A stretch of DNA of 48,207 bases from an uncultured Bacteroidales bacterium. Lineage in GTDB: Bacteria > Bacteroidota > Bacteroidia > Bacteroidales > Muribaculaceae. Positions within the stretch are counted from its first letter, which is position 1; every line of letters begins with the position of its first letter. Shown one piece after another: positions 47,645-48,207 of this stretch. The position numbers and the translations under genes were made by a program. The stretch is from assembly GCA_900549375.1 (NCBI GenBank), contig URNY01000001.1, positions 1-48,207 of the forward strand, in the 5' to 3' direction. Under the pieces are notes generated by a model. That model was given only the letters and a program-made list of their open reading frames with translations. It had not been told where the DNA came from and did not search any database.

Positions 47645-48170
47645 ATTGAATAAACAATACAATCCACTCGGTTATTCGGCGTTGGTGGAGTTGCTTGTGA
47701 AATTTGCCTTTATAGCGGCAGTGGGCGGTGTAGGCTTTGAAGATGTCGCGGTTGCCGGCTTTTAGCCTTTTAAGGACGGTGCTTTTGTTGACGACACCGG
47801 GGCCGCAGTTGTAGGCGAGGCACGCCAATAAGATAGAATCCTTGCCGTACTGAGAATACAAGGCGCAGAACTTTCGGAGGTCTTTTCGCAACAGTGCGTC
47901 TGCCTGTCTTTCAGTGAGCTGCACGCCACGGCGGTAAGGTTCTCCCGGCTGGACTTGGTGGCCGTAGCCCACATAGGGCCAGTGTTTCGGTTTGTGGAGC
48001 GTCTCAAACCTTTTTATTATCAGCACTGCACGTTCAAACGGCGGCAGCTCCATAATAGACCTGTTCTTTCTCTGCTCCGCTCCGAAAGCGCGGGGCGATG
48101 AGGCGTTGGCGGCGGGCGTTGCCGCCACAAGGGTCAGCAACGCCACGAAGAATAGCATCAGTTTTTTCAT
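47643..48170 (-). CDS. Conjugative-transposon lysozyme-like muramidase (GH24-like)
   Basis: Signal peptide; IKRFE.LH, PYVGYGH, QADALLRKDL, LAYNCG and RR..E motifs. Confidence 0.85.
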   Translation of the reverse strand: MKKLMLFFVALLTLVAATPAANASSPRAFGAEQRKNRSIMELPPFERAVLIIKRFETLHKPKHWPYVGYGHQVQPGEPYRRGVQLTERQADALLRKDLRKFCALYSQYGKDSILLACLAYNCGPGVVNKSTVLKRLKAGNRDIFKAYTAHCRYKGKFHKQLHQRRITEWIVLFIQ

Positions 48171-48207
48171 CGGATAACGGGCGTTACAGGGCCGACAACC
48201 GGACCGA
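48167..48207 (-). CDS. 3' end of an upstream tra gene (possibly traQ-like), partial
   Basis: Open frame GPVVGPVTPVIR* ending in an ATGA overlap with the lysozyme start; identity inferred from CTn gene order only. Confidence 0.3.
   Translation of the reverse strand, partial: GPVVGPVTPVIR

Larger units (their letters stand above)
39781..48207. mobile_element. Terminal segment of a Bacteroidales CTn-like integrative conjugative element
   Basis: Lysozyme, DUF3873, pcfJ and pcfK in the order typical of the distal end of CTn tra regions, plus defence-like cargo. The left boundary is inferred from a putative att core and repeats. Confidence 0.75.

Noticed and set aside
1..48207. CRISPR array, IS transposase, integrase or reverse transcriptase
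   Set aside because: No regularly spaced repeat-spacer array and no such ORF was seen in the window.

Overview
Bacteroidales chromosomal window (TAnnTTTG promoters, SusC/SusD pair, hybrid two-component system). From left to right: (1) 1-10500, a minus-strand operon under a cobalamin riboswitch: TonB receptor, surface lipoprotein, exported CbiK, membrane-anchored CobN/HmuS-like chelatase, membrane protein, MotA/ExbB-like protein, DUF2149 protein and a BtuF-like binding protein. (2) 10688-17300, a TetR-controlled TolC/HlyD/ABC-2 efflux operon whose tolC has an in-frame nonsense codon. (3) 17301-29243, a minimal fructan PUL (SusD, SusC with an in-frame nonsense codon, fructose-type HTCS, GH32, MFS, fructokinase). 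(4) 29342-35881, anSME, GH43, GH2 and GH30. (5) about 35880-39780, a decayed mosaic of gene fragments around an intact ZIP transporter and an AAA/DUF4143 ATPase. (6) From about 39780, the end of a CTn-like integrative conjugative element (ICE). It has a putative att junction, a four-gene defence-like operon (AbiL-type ATPase, RloB, Lit-like HEXXH peptidase, Ymh/TIGR02391 HEPN protein), two large folded non-coding elements, a pcfK/pcfJ/DUF3873 cluster, an unannotated 32-aa membrane peptide and a tra-associated lysozyme. The best candidate for an undescribed system is the translationally coupled Lit-like peptidase + HEPN pair appended to AbiL. All family calls come from motif recognition by eye; no database search was run.
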